Source of the DNA: an uncultured Pirellulaceae bacterium
Lineage (GTDB): Bacteria > Planctomycetota > Planctomycetia > Pirellulales > Pirellulaceae
NCBI GenBank assembly: GCA_937928555.1
Contig: CALFWR010000004.1
Span: 15,513-79,512 of the forward strand
DNA: 64,000 bases
Reading direction: 5' to 3'
Shown: positions 20,421 to 31,700 of the stretch, piece by piece
Layout of the letters: each line of letters opens with the position of its first letter
Position numbering within the stretch: the first letter of the stretch is position 1
Notes under the pieces: model-generated
What the model was told of the DNA's origin: nothing
What the model saw: the letters and a program-made list of their open reading frames with translations, nothing else
Database searches by the model: none
Translations under genes and position numbers: made by a program

Positions 20421-20746
20421 CATGAACACCCTCCCTCCGGGCCCTCCGGGGAGGGTCAACGTATCAGCGTCGGGGAGGGCTGGGTTCGGTTCCTGTTGAG
20501 GCTCAAATTTGTCTGGGTGTTGTCTTTGGTTGAACTAAAAATTCCGCGTGTCGAACGCCCCATCATGAACACCCTCACTCCGGGAGGGTCAACGTATCAG
20601 CGTCGGGGAGGGCTGGGTTTGGTTCCTGTTGAGGATCAAATTTGTCTGGGTGTTGTCTTTGGTTGAACTAAAGATTCCGCGTGTCGAACGCCCCATCATG
20701 AACACCCTCACTCCGGGAGGGTCAACGTATCAGCGTCGGGGAGGGC
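20421..20746. repeat. About 133-bp tandem repeat (2 full units plus a third palindrome), each unit carrying a CCCTCCC-family palindrome
   Basis: CATGAACACCCTC starts at 20421, 20564 and 20697; linkers near-identical. Confidence 0.92.
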
Positions 20747-20876
20747 GACGAAACCCTTCCGTTCAATGTGTTTTGTTTTTCGCTTCAACTGGCTCTATGT
20801 CCTGTTGTGGTTTTTCAAGGTCACTCAATTGGAGACTTATCGCAGATATTTACAACTTGTTCCGATGGCAACAAAG

Positions 20877-20924
20877 CCCTCCCCGGCCGCTACCGCGTCC
20901 GACCCTCCCGAAGGGAGGGTGATC
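20877..20924 (+). repeat. 48-bp palindromic repeat, copy downstream of the DUF559 gene
   Basis: CCCTCCCCGGCCGCTACCGCGTCCGACCCTCCCGAAGGGAGGGTGATC, identical to 21446-21493. Confidence 0.95.
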
Positions 20925-20990
20925 AGAAAAAACTCACACATTTCCTTTCTAGTGTGCGATTCGCCGCCGGGGTTCGGTTCCGCTCAAGGT

Positions 20991-21413
20991 TCAAGTCTTT
21001 CCGGGTTTGCTTTTGGATGAACTAAAAATGCCACTCCGCCGAGTCCGATCTCGTTTGGAGTATTCGTAGTCGATATCGAGAAACCGGCAGATGCCTTTGC
21101 CAACAATCTCGATGTCGTCTTCGACTTCTTTGTCGCTGAATCGCAAGATATTCCAATCAAGTTTTCGAAAAACCTGTTCTCTGGTGATGTCATGTTCTGC
21201 GGTCTGATCGTGGTAGTCGCCGTCGATTTCAATAACCAACATCTTTTCGAGGCAGGCATAGTCAGCGTAGAAACCCGCGATGGGATGTTGACGACGGAAC
21301 TTCAAACCTGCGAGTTGTCTGGCGCGAAGAAGCCCCCAAAGTAGCTGCTCTGATTTTGTGGAGCGGCTACGGAGGCTTCGAGCGCGGTCGGTTTTTGAAG
21401 GTGATTGACTCAT
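20991..21413 (-). CDS. DUF559 / Vsr-like (PD-(D/E)XK) endonuclease domain protein
   Basis: RARSLR..T.SE.LLW.LLR.RQL.G.KFRRQHPI..F.ADY.C....LVIEIDG.YH...D..R.......W.ILRF. Confidence 0.9.
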   Translation of the reverse strand: MSQSPSKTDRARSLRSRSTKSEQLLWGLLRARQLAGLKFRRQHPIAGFYADYACLEKMLVIEIDGDYHDQTAEHDITREQVFRKLDWNILRFSDKEVEDDIEIVGKGICRFLDIDYEYSKRDRTRRSGIFSSSKSKPGKT

Positions 21414-21445
21414 GTGGTTCTGTTTTGCTTTGCTACTGTGAACGA

Positions 21446-21493
21446 CCCTCCCCGGCCGCTACCGCGTCCGACCCTCCCGAAGGGAGGGTGATC
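21446..21493 (+). repeat. 48-bp palindromic repeat, copy upstream of the DUF559 gene
   Basis: Identical to 20877-20924. Confidence 0.95.
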
Positions 21494-21539
21494 TTGATAT
21501 TTACAATATCCGAAAGGAGAGTGGTCCCAAATATTCCGC

Positions 21540-24023
21540 CTACTTCAACTCCGCCGGTGACTCGATCGGTGGCTCCACAATCGATGCGATCTTTCCATTT
21601 TTCTGAATCTCGTTGCCTTTCCCGCCGCGACTGGTGGTGCGGTACTTGGCGGTGGAGACCGTTTTCTTTGCGCCGCGGTTGGTCTCTACTGTCAGCAAGT
21701 CACGATCGCCTTTGGACGGTTTGAAGCCAAGCAGTTTGTCGCCTTTTGCCAGTTTGATCAGCATCACGCCCCGACCGGCACCCGAGAGAAAGTTGATCTC
21801 TTCGGAAGGACAGATCATCGCCCGGCAATTCTGTGACACCGCCAGGATGGTTTCCTCGGCGTTGATCGGAAACACGCCAATGATCTGTGCATCCGGCTTG
21901 ACTCGTGAAAATCGTCGACCGCTGCGAGTTGAAACTTCGGCGAACGATTCGAGACTGAACCGCAGCGCATACCCGTCGCTCGACGCAGCGAGCCCGTGAA
22001 TCTCGGGGCAGTATTCGGGTTCCTTGGGGTCTTCCTTGATGTCGCCGATGGCTCGCTTGTCAAACGAAACCACACTGACGATTTTTTCACCGTCCTTGAG
22101 TTTGAAAATCTTTTGAATGGGATCGCCGAAACCGGTCGAAGCTGGAATATCGATCATCCGCGCGGTGTAGCAGAACCCCATGGAGCTGAAAAATCCAACG
22201 GTCGCCCGCGTCGAACCGGCGATCACTGCCAACACGCTGTCGCCGCTGCGGGTGCGGCTTTTGGCCGGATCCTTGATCTCACGCTGACGTTTCACCCAGC
22301 CATCACGCGTGATCAGGATGTGGCAATCTTCGGCTACGATGAAATCTTCCGCGTTGATTTCGATGTCCGCCTGGGCGGCTTCGATGACGGTGCGGCGTCT
22401 GGCTTCTTTGTCCTTGCAGTAATCGCGGAGGATTTCCTGAATCTCATCGCGAACAATTTTCCACCGCCCCGAAGCGTTGGTATCGTTGGTGTCTTCCTTG
22501 AGCAACTGGCGAATCTGCCGGGCCCGTTTTTGTTTGTCCTTGAACTCTTCTTCGATCAGGTTGATTTCCAGTTTGGCCAGGCGGTACAGCTTCAGCTCCA
22601 GAATCGCATCGGTCTGTTCGGCGTCCAAGCCGCCTTTGGCTGCCGGGAATCGCTTCATGATTTTCTGGGCAGCATCGGCTTTCCCGTCGGAGCGACGAAT
22701 GATGCGAATGATTTCGTCCAGGGCATCAAAGACCGTAATGAAACCCTGCAGGATATGGAGCCGCTTCTCCAGTTTGGCCAACTCGTTTTCCAGCCGACGG
22801 GTGACCACATCCAGGCGGAAGTTAAGGAAGTACCAGAGGATCTCCTTGAGCCCCAGTTTGGCAGGCGCGCCGACTTTGGGGTTTTCGGTGGGAACCAGGC
22901 AAGTCATGTTGACGTTGAAGTTGGTTTGCAGCTGGGTATTTTTGTACAGGTACGCGAGGACTTTCTTGGGGTCGGCGTCCTTTTTGAGCAAAATATCGAT
23001 CCGCGTATCGTCGGTCGAAAGGTCGCGGGCCTCGAGCGCCAACGGTAGCTTGCCGCTGAAGATCAACTCGTTCATCGACTCGACAAGGTTGGCTTTGTTG
23101 ACGCCGTAAGGGATGGACGTGATCTGGAGCACTCTCGAACGCGAGCCCTTGCCGGCTTTGACGACTTCGGAGGTGCCGCGAAGCTGCAGACTGCCCTGCC
23201 CTGTGGCGTACATGTCGCGAAGTTCTTTTTTCGTGTTGATGATCTGGCCGCCGGTAGGAAAGTCCGGGCCCTGAATGGCATCGTTGCCGACAAGTTGATA
23301 CGGCTTGATCTCGGGGTCCTTGAGAAGTTTCAGCAGCGCGTTGCAGACTTCCTTGAGATTGTGTGGCGGAATGTTGGTCGCCATCCCAACCGCGATGCCG
23401 GTGGCACCGTTGATCAGCAAGTTGGGAATCCGCGAGGGAAGGACGACCGGTTCTTCTTCGGTGCCGTCGTAGTTTTCCTTGAATGTCACCGTCCGCGTCG
23501 CGAGGTCAGCAAGGATCTCGCCGGCGATCTTTGTCAGGCGACATTCGGTGTATCGCATCGCAGCCGCATTGTCGCCGTCGACCGAACCAAAGTTCCCGCT
23601 ACCATCGACCAGAGGAATCCGAAGCGAAAACGGTTGGGCGATCCGGACCAGAGCGTCGTAAATCGAACTGTCGCCGTGCGGGTGGTACTTACCCATCACG
23701 TCACCGACGACTTTGGCACACTTGCGGTGTTTTGCCGAATGGTAAAGCCGCTCTTCGCCCATCGTGTAGAGGATCCGCCGCTGGACTGGCTTGAGCCCAT
23801 CACGGACATCCGGCAGTGCCCGGCTGGTAATCACCGACAGCGAGTAGTTCAGATATCGCGACTGCGCTGCGAGACGAAGCGGAATCCTCCGCAGCGACCC
23901 GTCTTCGAGGTCATCGAACACCGTTTCCTCTGCATCAGCCTTTCCGTTTTTGGATGACTTTCGTTTGGTGGTGCTCTTTTTGCGGGTGCTGGTTTTCTTC
24001 TTGCTGGATCGGCGTTTCGCCAC
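21540..24023 (-). CDS. Type IIA topoisomerase A subunit (ParC/GyrA-like)
   Basis: [39 protein letters not shown] (catalytic Tyr), [25 protein letters not shown], beta-pinwheel C-terminal repeats. Confidence 0.95.
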   Translation of the reverse strand: MAKRRSSKKKTSTRKKSTTKRKSSKNGKADAEETVFDDLEDGSLRRIPLRLAAQSRYLNYSLSVITSRALPDVRDGLKPVQRRILYTMGEERLYHSAKHRKCAKVVGDVMGKYHPHGDSSIYDALVRIAQPFSLRIPLVDGSGNFGSVDGDNAAAMRYTECRLTKIAGEILADLATRTVTFKENYDGTEEEPVVLPSRIPNLLINGATGIAVGMATNIPPHNLKEVCNALLKLLKDPEIKPYQLVGNDAIQGPDFPTGGQIINTKKELRDMYATGQGSLQLRGTSEVVKAGKGSRSRVLQITSIPYGVNKANLVESMNELIFSGKLPLALEARDLSTDDTRIDILLKKDADPKKVLAYLYKNTQLQTNFNVNMTCLVPTENPKVGAPAKLGLKEILWYFLNFRLDVVTRRLENELAKLEKRLHILQGFITVFDALDEIIRIIRRSDGKADAAQKIMKRFPAAKGGLDAEQTDAILELKLYRLAKLEINLIEEEFKDKQKRARQIRQLLKEDTNDTNASGRWKIVRDEIQEILRDYCKDKEARRRTVIEAAQADIEINAEDFIVAEDCHILITRDGWVKRQREIKDPAKSRTRSGDSVLAVIAGSTRATVGFFSSMGFCYTARMIDIPASTGFGDPIQKIFKLKDGEKIVSVVSFDKRAIGDIKEDPKEPEYCPEIHGLAASSDGYALRFSLESFAEVSTRSGRRFSRVKPDAQIIGVFPINAEETILAVSQNCRAMICPSEEINFLSGAGRGVMLIKLAKGDKLLGFKPSKGDRDLLTVETNRGAKKTVSTAKYRTTSRGGKGNEIQKNGKIASIVEPPIESPAELK

Positions 24024-24060
24024 GGTGATTGCCTTGGGTCTGGGCGTTGATCTTGTTTGA

Positions 24061-24145
24061 GCCGGAATGATTCACGACGACAGGCGACCGAAATGAAGCA
24101 TGCGTCGCCAGACTTTGACGCCCACGCCTCGTGAATAATCCGCGT
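24061..24145. mobile_element. Short (85-bp) MITE variant
   Basis: GCCGGAATGATTCACGACGAC...ACGCCTCGTGAATAATCCGCGT with TGA on both sides (24058-60, 24146-48). Confidence 0.8.
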
Positions 24146-24427
24146 TGAAATCGACCAGCGACGATGCAGCATGTCGCTGGTTCCAGGTTTCCAATTCAGC
24201 CGCGGCGAGCGACCTTTTGCAAGGCCTGGACAGGTTGTGCAGAGTATAGCAATCGCCCCGTTTTTGGCCCAGACGGTTGTTTTGCCCATGCCGATTATGC
24301 GACAGCAGGGCAGCGGTTTTGCCGGCCTTGGGTCATTTGCCGTTTAGCGGTTCCGGCTCGCCGGTCGAAGCTCAGCAAAAGTCGATCCGCCGGAAAGGAT
24401 CGGACCCGTCACAAAGGAATGTAAAAC

Positions 24428-24955
24428 ATGATCCACAAGTTTCTCGCCGCAGTCGTTGCTGCTGCCGCCCTCTCACTGGTTGCAGATTCTGCCATGGCCC
24501 AGATCGGCCAGGGTAATTTGCCGAACAATCTTTTTTCACAGTACACCACCCAGGGTGGCGCTTCACAGGCAACCGCCGGACTGTATCCCGCGCCCCATCC
24601 GGTGCCGCGTCACGTGGGTGCCTCGTGGTACACGTATCAGCCACTGATGCCACACGAGATGATGTATACGCACTCACGCAACTACTACAACTATTACAAC
24701 GACAACGCTTTTTACGGTGGCGGCGGTTCGCTCAACAAGACAACCGTTCGCTGGCAAAACGGCTCAGCCGGTGTGGCTCCACTGCCGTTCTCAGGCTACC
24801 GGATCTCCAAAGCACAATACGCATTGGCGAAGCGCAAGTATTGCATCGGCGGCGACTGTGGCGGTGGCGGCATTGGCGGTGGCCTTCGCGGCCGCCTCGG
24901 TGGCGGCGGACTTCGGGGCAAGCGGGGCGGCGGTTGCTCTACGTGCGGCGAATAA
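24428..24955 (+). CDS. Secreted Gly/Tyr-rich hypothetical protein
   Basis: Signal peptide ending in AMA; YPAPHPVP..VG..YTYQP..PHE core; Gly-rich tail ending CSTCGE. Confidence 0.75.
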   Translation: MIHKFLAAVVAAAALSLVADSAMAQIGQGNLPNNLFSQYTTQGGASQATAGLYPAPHPVPRHVGASWYTYQPLMPHEMMYTHSRNYYNYYNDNAFYGGGGSLNKTTVRWQNGSAGVAPLPFSGYRISKAQYALAKRKYCIGGDCGGGGIGGGLRGRLGGGGLRGKRGGGCSTCGE

Positions 24956-25000
24956 CTCACTCCGGGCCGTCGCTGGCTCGAACTTAACTCAACTACGGGT

Positions 25001-25633
25001 TTGACAATCATGTTACGAACACTTTTGACATTTTCGGTCGCAATGCTGGCGGGCTTGTTGATCACATCGGACGCGTTTGCACAGTGCTCTGACTGCGGAA
25101 GCGGTGGCGGCATCAAGTCCAGGATCGCCGGTCGTTCCGGTGGTCGCATTGGTGGCCTTCTCTCCAACGTGAAGTCCAAACGTGGACGGCATCCCTCTGC
25201 CGGAGCCATCTACGATGCCGATGGGATGACCTCTCCGACTTCCGAGCGGGTCGGCCCTAGGGCCACTCTCAAGTACGCGGCAAGAGACAGCTTCAGTCCA
25301 CACCGGGTTTACTCCTACAGCAACGCCGGACTGACGGCCAGCAATGTCCACGCGTGGAACCAACAGCAGATGGATTCATACGCCTGGCACGGCGGCTACA
25401 AGAACTGGCAGTACGGGACGCCCACCGCACTTGTTGTTCCTCCCACCGCCGGTTACCAGACCAGCTACGCGTGGGGAGTGGGTCAGGTTCGCAGCACCCC
25501 GATTCATCACCAATTCGGCAACGGTGGGGCGGCATCGGTTGGCGGTGGAAACGGCCAGGGTCTGAGGTCGACGCCTTATTGGCCACAAAGCACAGATCAG
25601 TTCGGGATTTATCCTGTGCGAAGTCCCTGGTAA
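25001..25633 (+). CDS. Secreted Gly/Tyr/Trp-rich hypothetical protein
   Basis: Signal peptide ending in AFA followed by QCSDCG; WHGGY..WQYG.P.ALVVPPTA..Q..Y.WGV core. Start may be 25010. Confidence 0.75.
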   Translation: MTIMLRTLLTFSVAMLAGLLITSDAFAQCSDCGSGGGIKSRIAGRSGGRIGGLLSNVKSKRGRHPSAGAIYDADGMTSPTSERVGPRATLKYAARDSFSPHRVYSYSNAGLTASNVHAWNQQQMDSYAWHGGYKNWQYGTPTALVVPPTAGYQTSYAWGVGQVRSTPIHHQFGNGGAASVGGGNGQGLRSTPYWPQSTDQFGIYPVRSPW

Positions 25634-25656
25634 GCCAAACGCGAAACTAATAACCA

Positions 25657-25680
25657 GCCCGGGAACTCCCGGGTTTTTTT
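25657..25680 (+). terminator. Intrinsic terminator
   Basis: GCCCGGG-AACT-CCCGGGT followed by a T-tract. Confidence 0.8.
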
Positions 25681-25777
25681 GTTGCCTGACGCGACTTCAG
25701 TTGTGTGGGGCGGCTTGTCATTTTTCGCGCCCGACGCGATATTCTTGATTCGAAACCTTCGACCCCGGAAAGCCACT

Positions 25778-26755
25778 ATGAAATCGCCCGTAAGAGTCAC
25801 CGTCACCGGCGCTGCAGGAAATATCAGCTACGCCCTTCTGTTTCGCATCGCAGCCGGCAATATGCTTGGCCCCGACCAGCCTGTGATTTTGCAATGCCTG
25901 GAAATCCCACCGGCGATGAACGCACTTCAAGGCGTCGTCATGGAGCTGAACGACTGTGCTTTTCCGTTGCTGCAGGACATCGTCGCCACGGACGATGCCA
26001 ACGTCGGGTTCAAGGGTACCGATTTTGCTTTACTCGTCGGTGCCATGCCGCGCAAGGACGGTATGCTCCGCAAAGACCTGCTGCAAGCCAACTCGAAGAT
26101 CTTCAGCGCTCAGGGAAAAGCCATCAACGAAAACGCCAATCCCGAGTGCCGCGTCTTGGTGGTCGGCAACCCGGCCAACACCAACGCCCTGATCACGATG
26201 GCCAATGCACCGAACATCAAACACGGCAACATTACCGCGATGACTCGCCTAGATCACAACCGTGCGATCAGTCAGTTGGCTGCAAAAACAAACTCGGCAT
26301 CGACGGAAATCAACAAGATGACCATTTGGGGTAACCACTCGGCCACCCAGTATCCGGATATCAGCCAGGCCACGATCGCCGGTTCTGCCGCGAAGGAACA
26401 GGTCGACACATCTTGGTATCGTGACGAGTTCATCCCCACGGTCCAGAAGCGCGGCGCCGCGATCATCAAGGCCCGTGGCGCATCAAGTGCAGCATCCGCT
26501 GCCAGCGCCGCGATCGACCACATGCACGACTGGGCGTTGGGCACACCCGATGGCGACTGGGTCAGCATGGCGATTCCCAGCGACGGCAGCTACGGCATCA
26601 CCGAAGGCCTGATCTACAGTTTCCCTGTGACTTGCAGCGGCGGCGAGTACTCGATCGTTCAGGATTTGCCAATCGATGAGTTCAGTCGCGAGCGGATGGA
26701 CGCGACGATGAATGAGCTTGGCGAAGAACGTGACGCAGTCAGCGATCTGCTTTAG
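25778..26755 (+). CDS. mdh: Malate dehydrogenase (MDH2 type)
   Basis: [57 protein letters not shown]. Confidence 0.96.
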   Translation: MKSPVRVTVTGAAGNISYALLFRIAAGNMLGPDQPVILQCLEIPPAMNALQGVVMELNDCAFPLLQDIVATDDANVGFKGTDFALLVGAMPRKDGMLRKDLLQANSKIFSAQGKAINENANPECRVLVVGNPANTNALITMANAPNIKHGNITAMTRLDHNRAISQLAAKTNSASTEINKMTIWGNHSATQYPDISQATIAGSAAKEQVDTSWYRDEFIPTVQKRGAAIIKARGASSAASAASAAIDHMHDWALGTPDGDWVSMAIPSDGSYGITEGLIYSFPVTCSGGEYSIVQDLPIDEFSRERMDATMNELGEERDAVSDLL

Positions 26756-27041
26756 GAGCTTTGTGACTTGCAGATATAAACCGGGTTGAGTTCCAGGCGA
26801 CCTCGGTCGCTTTCTTCAAGCAAGTGTTTGCCGAGCGCTGCCCGTTGGCACAGATGGCACAGATGTTAACCTTGGTAAGCCACCCAGACTCTGCGGGCGT
26901 TGCTTATTTTCGCTAGCCTTTGAATTCCAAGGCGAAACGGTATTGGTGCGTTTTCTGTTGGCAGCTCCCGTTGACCGGTGGCTGAGTGTCTCTTAAAAAT
27001 CGCCCCACTTGGCGACCTGCCAGACCTACCACGAGGACACA

Positions 27042-27779
27042 ATGAACCGGATTAAGCTTGGCCCCCTTGCAATGTTGCGACTGGAAGACGAGATGTCTTC
27101 GATGGATGAAGGCTTTCAGGCGGCAAGCGCTCTTTCACCGATCGACAACTGGACCACAGGCGAATTTTCCTGGTTTGTCCCGATGCACTACGAGCCCGGC
27201 TACGCCTACCCGCTGATCGTCTGGCTTCACGGTGACGGCGCCGATTGCAATCAGCTACAGCGGTACATTCCTGATGTAAGCATGCGAAACTACGTCGCAG
27301 TGGCTCCCCAGTCTGGCTTTTCGCCCGGCAGTCCCGTCTCGTGGCCCAACTGCGAAGAGTCCATCGATGCCGCCTACGAAAGCGTCATGGCCGCCATCGA
27401 TGGCGCTTCTCTCAAGTACAATATCGATTTCAATCGGATCTTCATCGTCGGAGTCGGCACCGGCGGATCAATGGCCCTGCGATTGGCTTTCGAAAGACCC
27501 GACGTCTTCTCCGGAGTCGTTTCACTTGACGGACCGATTCAAACCAACGACGTTCCGCTTGGTCAGTGGGAGCAGTGCCGCAATGTCCCGGTTCTGCTAA
27601 GCGCTTTTCGACGTTCCGACTTTTCAGAAGCCGACCTCTGCGAGAACCTTCGTCTGCTTCATGTCGGCGGATTCAACACCACCGTCCGCCAGTATCCGGG
27701 GTCGCTGAACCTGTCCGAAAAAGTGCTCTCTGACATGAACCGTTGGATCATGGAACAGATCGATTCCTCCATTCTGTAG
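27042..27779 (+). CDS. Alpha/beta-hydrolase-fold (phospholipase/carboxylesterase-like) protein lacking the catalytic Ser
   Basis: YPLIVWLHG, APQ, RIFIVGVGTGG in place of GxSxGG. Confidence 0.75.
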   Translation: MNRIKLGPLAMLRLEDEMSSMDEGFQAASALSPIDNWTTGEFSWFVPMHYEPGYAYPLIVWLHGDGADCNQLQRYIPDVSMRNYVAVAPQSGFSPGSPVSWPNCEESIDAAYESVMAAIDGASLKYNIDFNRIFIVGVGTGGSMALRLAFERPDVFSGVVSLDGPIQTNDVPLGQWEQCRNVPVLLSAFRRSDFSEADLCENLRLLHVGGFNTTVRQYPGSLNLSEKVLSDMNRWIMEQIDSSIL

Positions 27780-27803
27780 CTGCCTGTTTCGCTCAGCGCG
27801 GGC

Positions 27804-28619
27804 TTAACCCTCGCGGCGATATTTGGCGCGGTACGCACTCGGCGGGATGCCGGCAATCTGGCGAAACTTTTTCGTGAAGTGGCTTTGATCGTAAAAGCCA
27901 ACTGTCAGGCCAATTTTGCCAACCGGGTCATTCGTTTCGGCAAGCAGCTTTCGGGCAAGCTGAATTCTTCGTGAGAGTACGAATTCTGTCGGAGACATTC
28001 GCAGGATCTTGCGGAAACGCTGATTGAAATGGGTTGACGAAAGGCCCGCCATCGAAGCCATCTTTGCCATCGATATCTGTTCAGTAAAGTGGCTGTCGAT
28101 AAAGTGGATCACCGGAGAGAGTTCCTGAAAGTAGCCTGCTTTTTCCTCAGGCGTACTGATCGGATACATCACGCCGACGATGCCCACCACTTCCTTTTCC
28201 GCGAACAGCGGCGCTTTGGAGGAAACGAACCACTGCGGCGTGCCGCGAACATGCGGCACCAGCCAAACCTGATTCGGGATCGACTGGCGGCGATCCATCA
28301 CCCGACGGTCCTCCGCATGGTAGGCAACCGCCAGAGCCGGAGGCTGAAAATCCGCATCGGTGCGACCAAGAAGATCCGCTGGATCAACCAAACCAAACAC
28401 GTTCTCAAGCGTCGCCTGATTGATGCCGATGTAACGGTGCTCCGCGTCCTTAGCGTAGAAGTAGATCGATGGCAGAAAATCGAATAACCGAATTACCGAC
28501 TGGATCGACCGCGCCGACGGATTTCGTTCGAAGAACTGATTCTGAAATGTAAAACCAGTCACTTCTGAGGGTCGATATTGTGGTTTTGTCGTCAAAACGT
28601 ACAAACATCCCGTTCGCAA
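27804..28619 (-). CDS. AraC-family regulator with PAS-like N-terminus (start uncertain)
   Basis: FYAKD, D..V.....I; C-terminal LA.MAGLSSTHFNQRF...P.EF....RI..A..LL...GFYDQSHFTK.F....GIPP..YR. Confidence 0.9.
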   Translation of the reverse strand: MRTGCLYVLTTKPQYRPSEVTGFTFQNQFFERNPSARSIQSVIRLFDFLPSIYFYAKDAEHRYIGINQATLENVFGLVDPADLLGRTDADFQPPALAVAYHAEDRRVMDRRQSIPNQVWLVPHVRGTPQWFVSSKAPLFAEKEVVGIVGVMYPISTPEEKAGYFQELSPVIHFIDSHFTEQISMAKMASMAGLSSTHFNQRFRKILRMSPTEFVLSRRIQLARKLLAETNDPVGKIGLTVGFYDQSHFTKKFRQIAGIPPSAYRAKYRREG

Positions 28620-28700
28620 CTACAAGACGGAGCTTATTCCTACAGCTATGTTTATATCGTTAACTGCGATTCCGCCAAACCTGATTGGTCAAATCATACC

Positions 28701-31700
28701 ATGCGAACCCGGCATTTTCCAATTTTCCTGTTCGCCCTGCTGACGCCTGCGACCGCGTTGGGACAGGAAATCTCGTTCAACCGCGATGTCCGTCCGATTA
28801 TTTCGGACAAGTGTTTTCATTGCCACGGTCCTGACGCCGACAACCAGCAATCGGACTTTCGTCTTGATACCCGCGAGCACGCTTTGGAGGCCATCACCGA
28901 AGGCAGTCTTGATGACAGTGAAGTCCATCATCGCATCCGCTCCGAAGATGGCGACGTGATGCCGCCTGCCGACGCGCCCAGGAAACTCACTGAAGCGGAA
29001 AAGGACATCATCGACCGGTGGATCAAAGCCGGCGCTCCGTTTGAAAAGCATTGGTCTTTCGAGCCTGTTCCCGACGCCACACCCGTTCCGAAAGTCCAAT
29101 CGGACTGGCCGGTAAACAACATCGACAGGTTCATCTACAAACGCATTGCCGACGCAAACAAAGTTCCCAACACCCCGGCCTCGAAAGAAAAATGGTTGCG
29201 GAAGGTCACCTTCGACATCACGGGCTTGCCGCCGGGGATCGATCAGATCGAAGCCTACCTGGCGGATGAGTCTGGCGATGCCGAAGAAAAAATCGTGGAT
29301 CAGCTTTTGGATTCCGACCCGTGCGCCGAACGGCTTGCCAGCGAATGGCTGGACGTCGCTCGCTACTCGGACTCGTACGGTTTTCAACGCGACGACGAAC
29401 GATACGTTTGGCCCTGGCGCGACTGGGTCATCAAGGCCTTTCGCAACAACATGCCGTACGATCAGTTCGTCACCTGGCAACTGGCCGGCGACCTGATGGA
29501 GAATCCATCGCGTGACCAGATCGTCGCCACCGTCTTCAATCGGCTTCACTCGCACAAAAAAGAGGGTGGCGTGGCGATCGAAGAGTTCCGCGTCGAAAAC
29601 GTTTCTGATCGCACCCATACATTCGCCGGCGCGTTCATGGGCCTGACGCTGGAGTGCGCCCGCTGCCACGACCACAAGTACGACCCGACCAAAACCAAAG
29701 AGTACTACGAGCTAAGCTCGTTCTTTGCCAACGTGGACGAAAACGGACTGATCTCCTACTTCACCGACGCGGTCCCCACGCCGTCGGCTTCGCTTCCGAC
29801 CGCCGAGCAGCAGAAAACACTCGACCTACAGCGAAGGGCAATCGATGCCGCGGCAGAAAAACTGGAGCAGGTCACCAACGAAAACTTGAGTGAGTTCTAC
29901 CAGTGGCATGCTTCCAAGCCCGGCGCCAACATTCCGGGTCTGGTCGCGCATTTGACCTTTGACTCGTTTAGCCCGATGCCCAAACCCGAGAAAGACAAAC
30001 CCTACAAAAATGAGCACGGCAACAAGAACATTTCTTACAAAAAACTTTCTCAAATCGAAAACCATGCCGATTCTAGCGATGCCTGGACGCTTTCCACCAA
30101 CAAGCTGGTCGATGGCAAGTTCGGCAAAGCCGTCGCTCTGACCGGCGACGATGCCGTCGTCCTTCCAGGCGTTGGTCATTACGGACGGCATCAGCCGTTT
30201 TCCATTTCGATTTGGATCAAGCCGGGTGAAGTCGAAGAGCGGGCAGTGATTTTTCGTCGCTCGCGTGGCTGGGATGACGCTGGCAGTGTCGGCTACGAAC
30301 TAACCAAAGTCGGTGCCACGCTGAGTGCAAAAATGGTTCACTTCTGGCCCGGCGAAGCGATCTGCGTTGAAACCGATGACGTCCTCAAGGCCGACCAGTG
30401 GCATCACCTTGTGCTGACTTACGATGGCTCCAGTAAAGCCGCCGGTATGAAACTGTACGTCGACGGCCAAGCCACCGGGCACATTGTTAAGGATCACCTT
30501 ACCAGACAGGTCACCACTTGGAACGCGGGCTATCAGGATCTTGCGATCGGCTCGCGCTACCGCGACCGTGGTTTCAAGGACGGTCAGGTTGACGAGTTTA
30601 AAGTCTTTGATCGCGAGTTGGCATGGCCTGAAGCCCTCCAGTTGTTCGATGGCAAGACGTTAATCGACTTGCTGGCCGACAAGGAGTTGACAGGAAACCA
30701 GATTGTCACCCGCAGACGTAGGGGCCTTGCGGACGTATTCGCACTGGGCCACAGCGAGCCAATTCAAGCCGCACGCAAGGAGTTGGAATCCGCTCGCCTG
30801 GCATGGAATAAAACCATGGACAGCGTTCCCGCGATCACCGTGATGCGGGAAACCGAAACGCCACGCGACGCGTTTATTCTCAAACGCGGTGCCTACGATG
30901 ACCGCGGCGAACAGGTCACCGCCAACGTTCCCGGATTCCTCTCCGCCTGGCCCGAAGGGGCGCCACGGAACCGCTTGGGGCTGGCCAGGTGGATCACGTC
31001 GCCGGACCACCCGCTGCTGGCCCGCGTGACGGTCAACCGTTATTGGCAATTGATGTTCGCTCAAGGCCTCGTCCGCACCCCGGAAGATTTTGGCTTGCAA
31101 GGCGAAGTGCCGACGCACCCGGAACTGCTGGACTGGCTTGCGAGAGATTTTATCGCAAACGGCTGGAACGTTCGTCGCTTGCTCAAGCAGATGGCTTTGT
31201 CGGCAACCTATCGCCAAAGTGCCATCGTCCCGCTGAGCGTCCGCCAGGAAGACCCCGAGAACAGGCTGCTGGCTCGCGGACCCGGCAACCGCATCTCCGC
31301 TGAAATGCTACGGGACAGTGTTTTGTTCGTCAGCGGACAGTTAAAACAAAAGGTCGGCGGGCCGCCGACCAAGCCCTACGATGTCGCCCTGGCCTACAAC
31401 CCGCTTGAAGTCGACGCCGGCGATGGGCTCTATCGTCGCAGTCTGTACACATTCTGGAAACGCTCCTCGCCCGCTCCGGTAATGATGACGATGGACGCCA
31501 GTAAACGTGATGTCTGCCGCGTCAAACGCGAAGTCACCGCTTCGCCTCTTCAGGCTCTGGTACTTCTTAACGGGACGCAGTTCGTCGAAGCCTCCCGAAT
31601 TCTCGCGGAGAAACTTCATCGTCAGTTCGATGGCGAGGCGGCAAAAATTGTCGACGAATCCTTCCAGCGATTGACCAGTCGCAAGCCGACCAAGGCGGAA

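Noticed and set aside
20421-20746. Possible CRISPR or integron attC array
   Set aside because: Inter-repeat segments are copies of each other and too long for spacers; no integrase or cassette ORFs.
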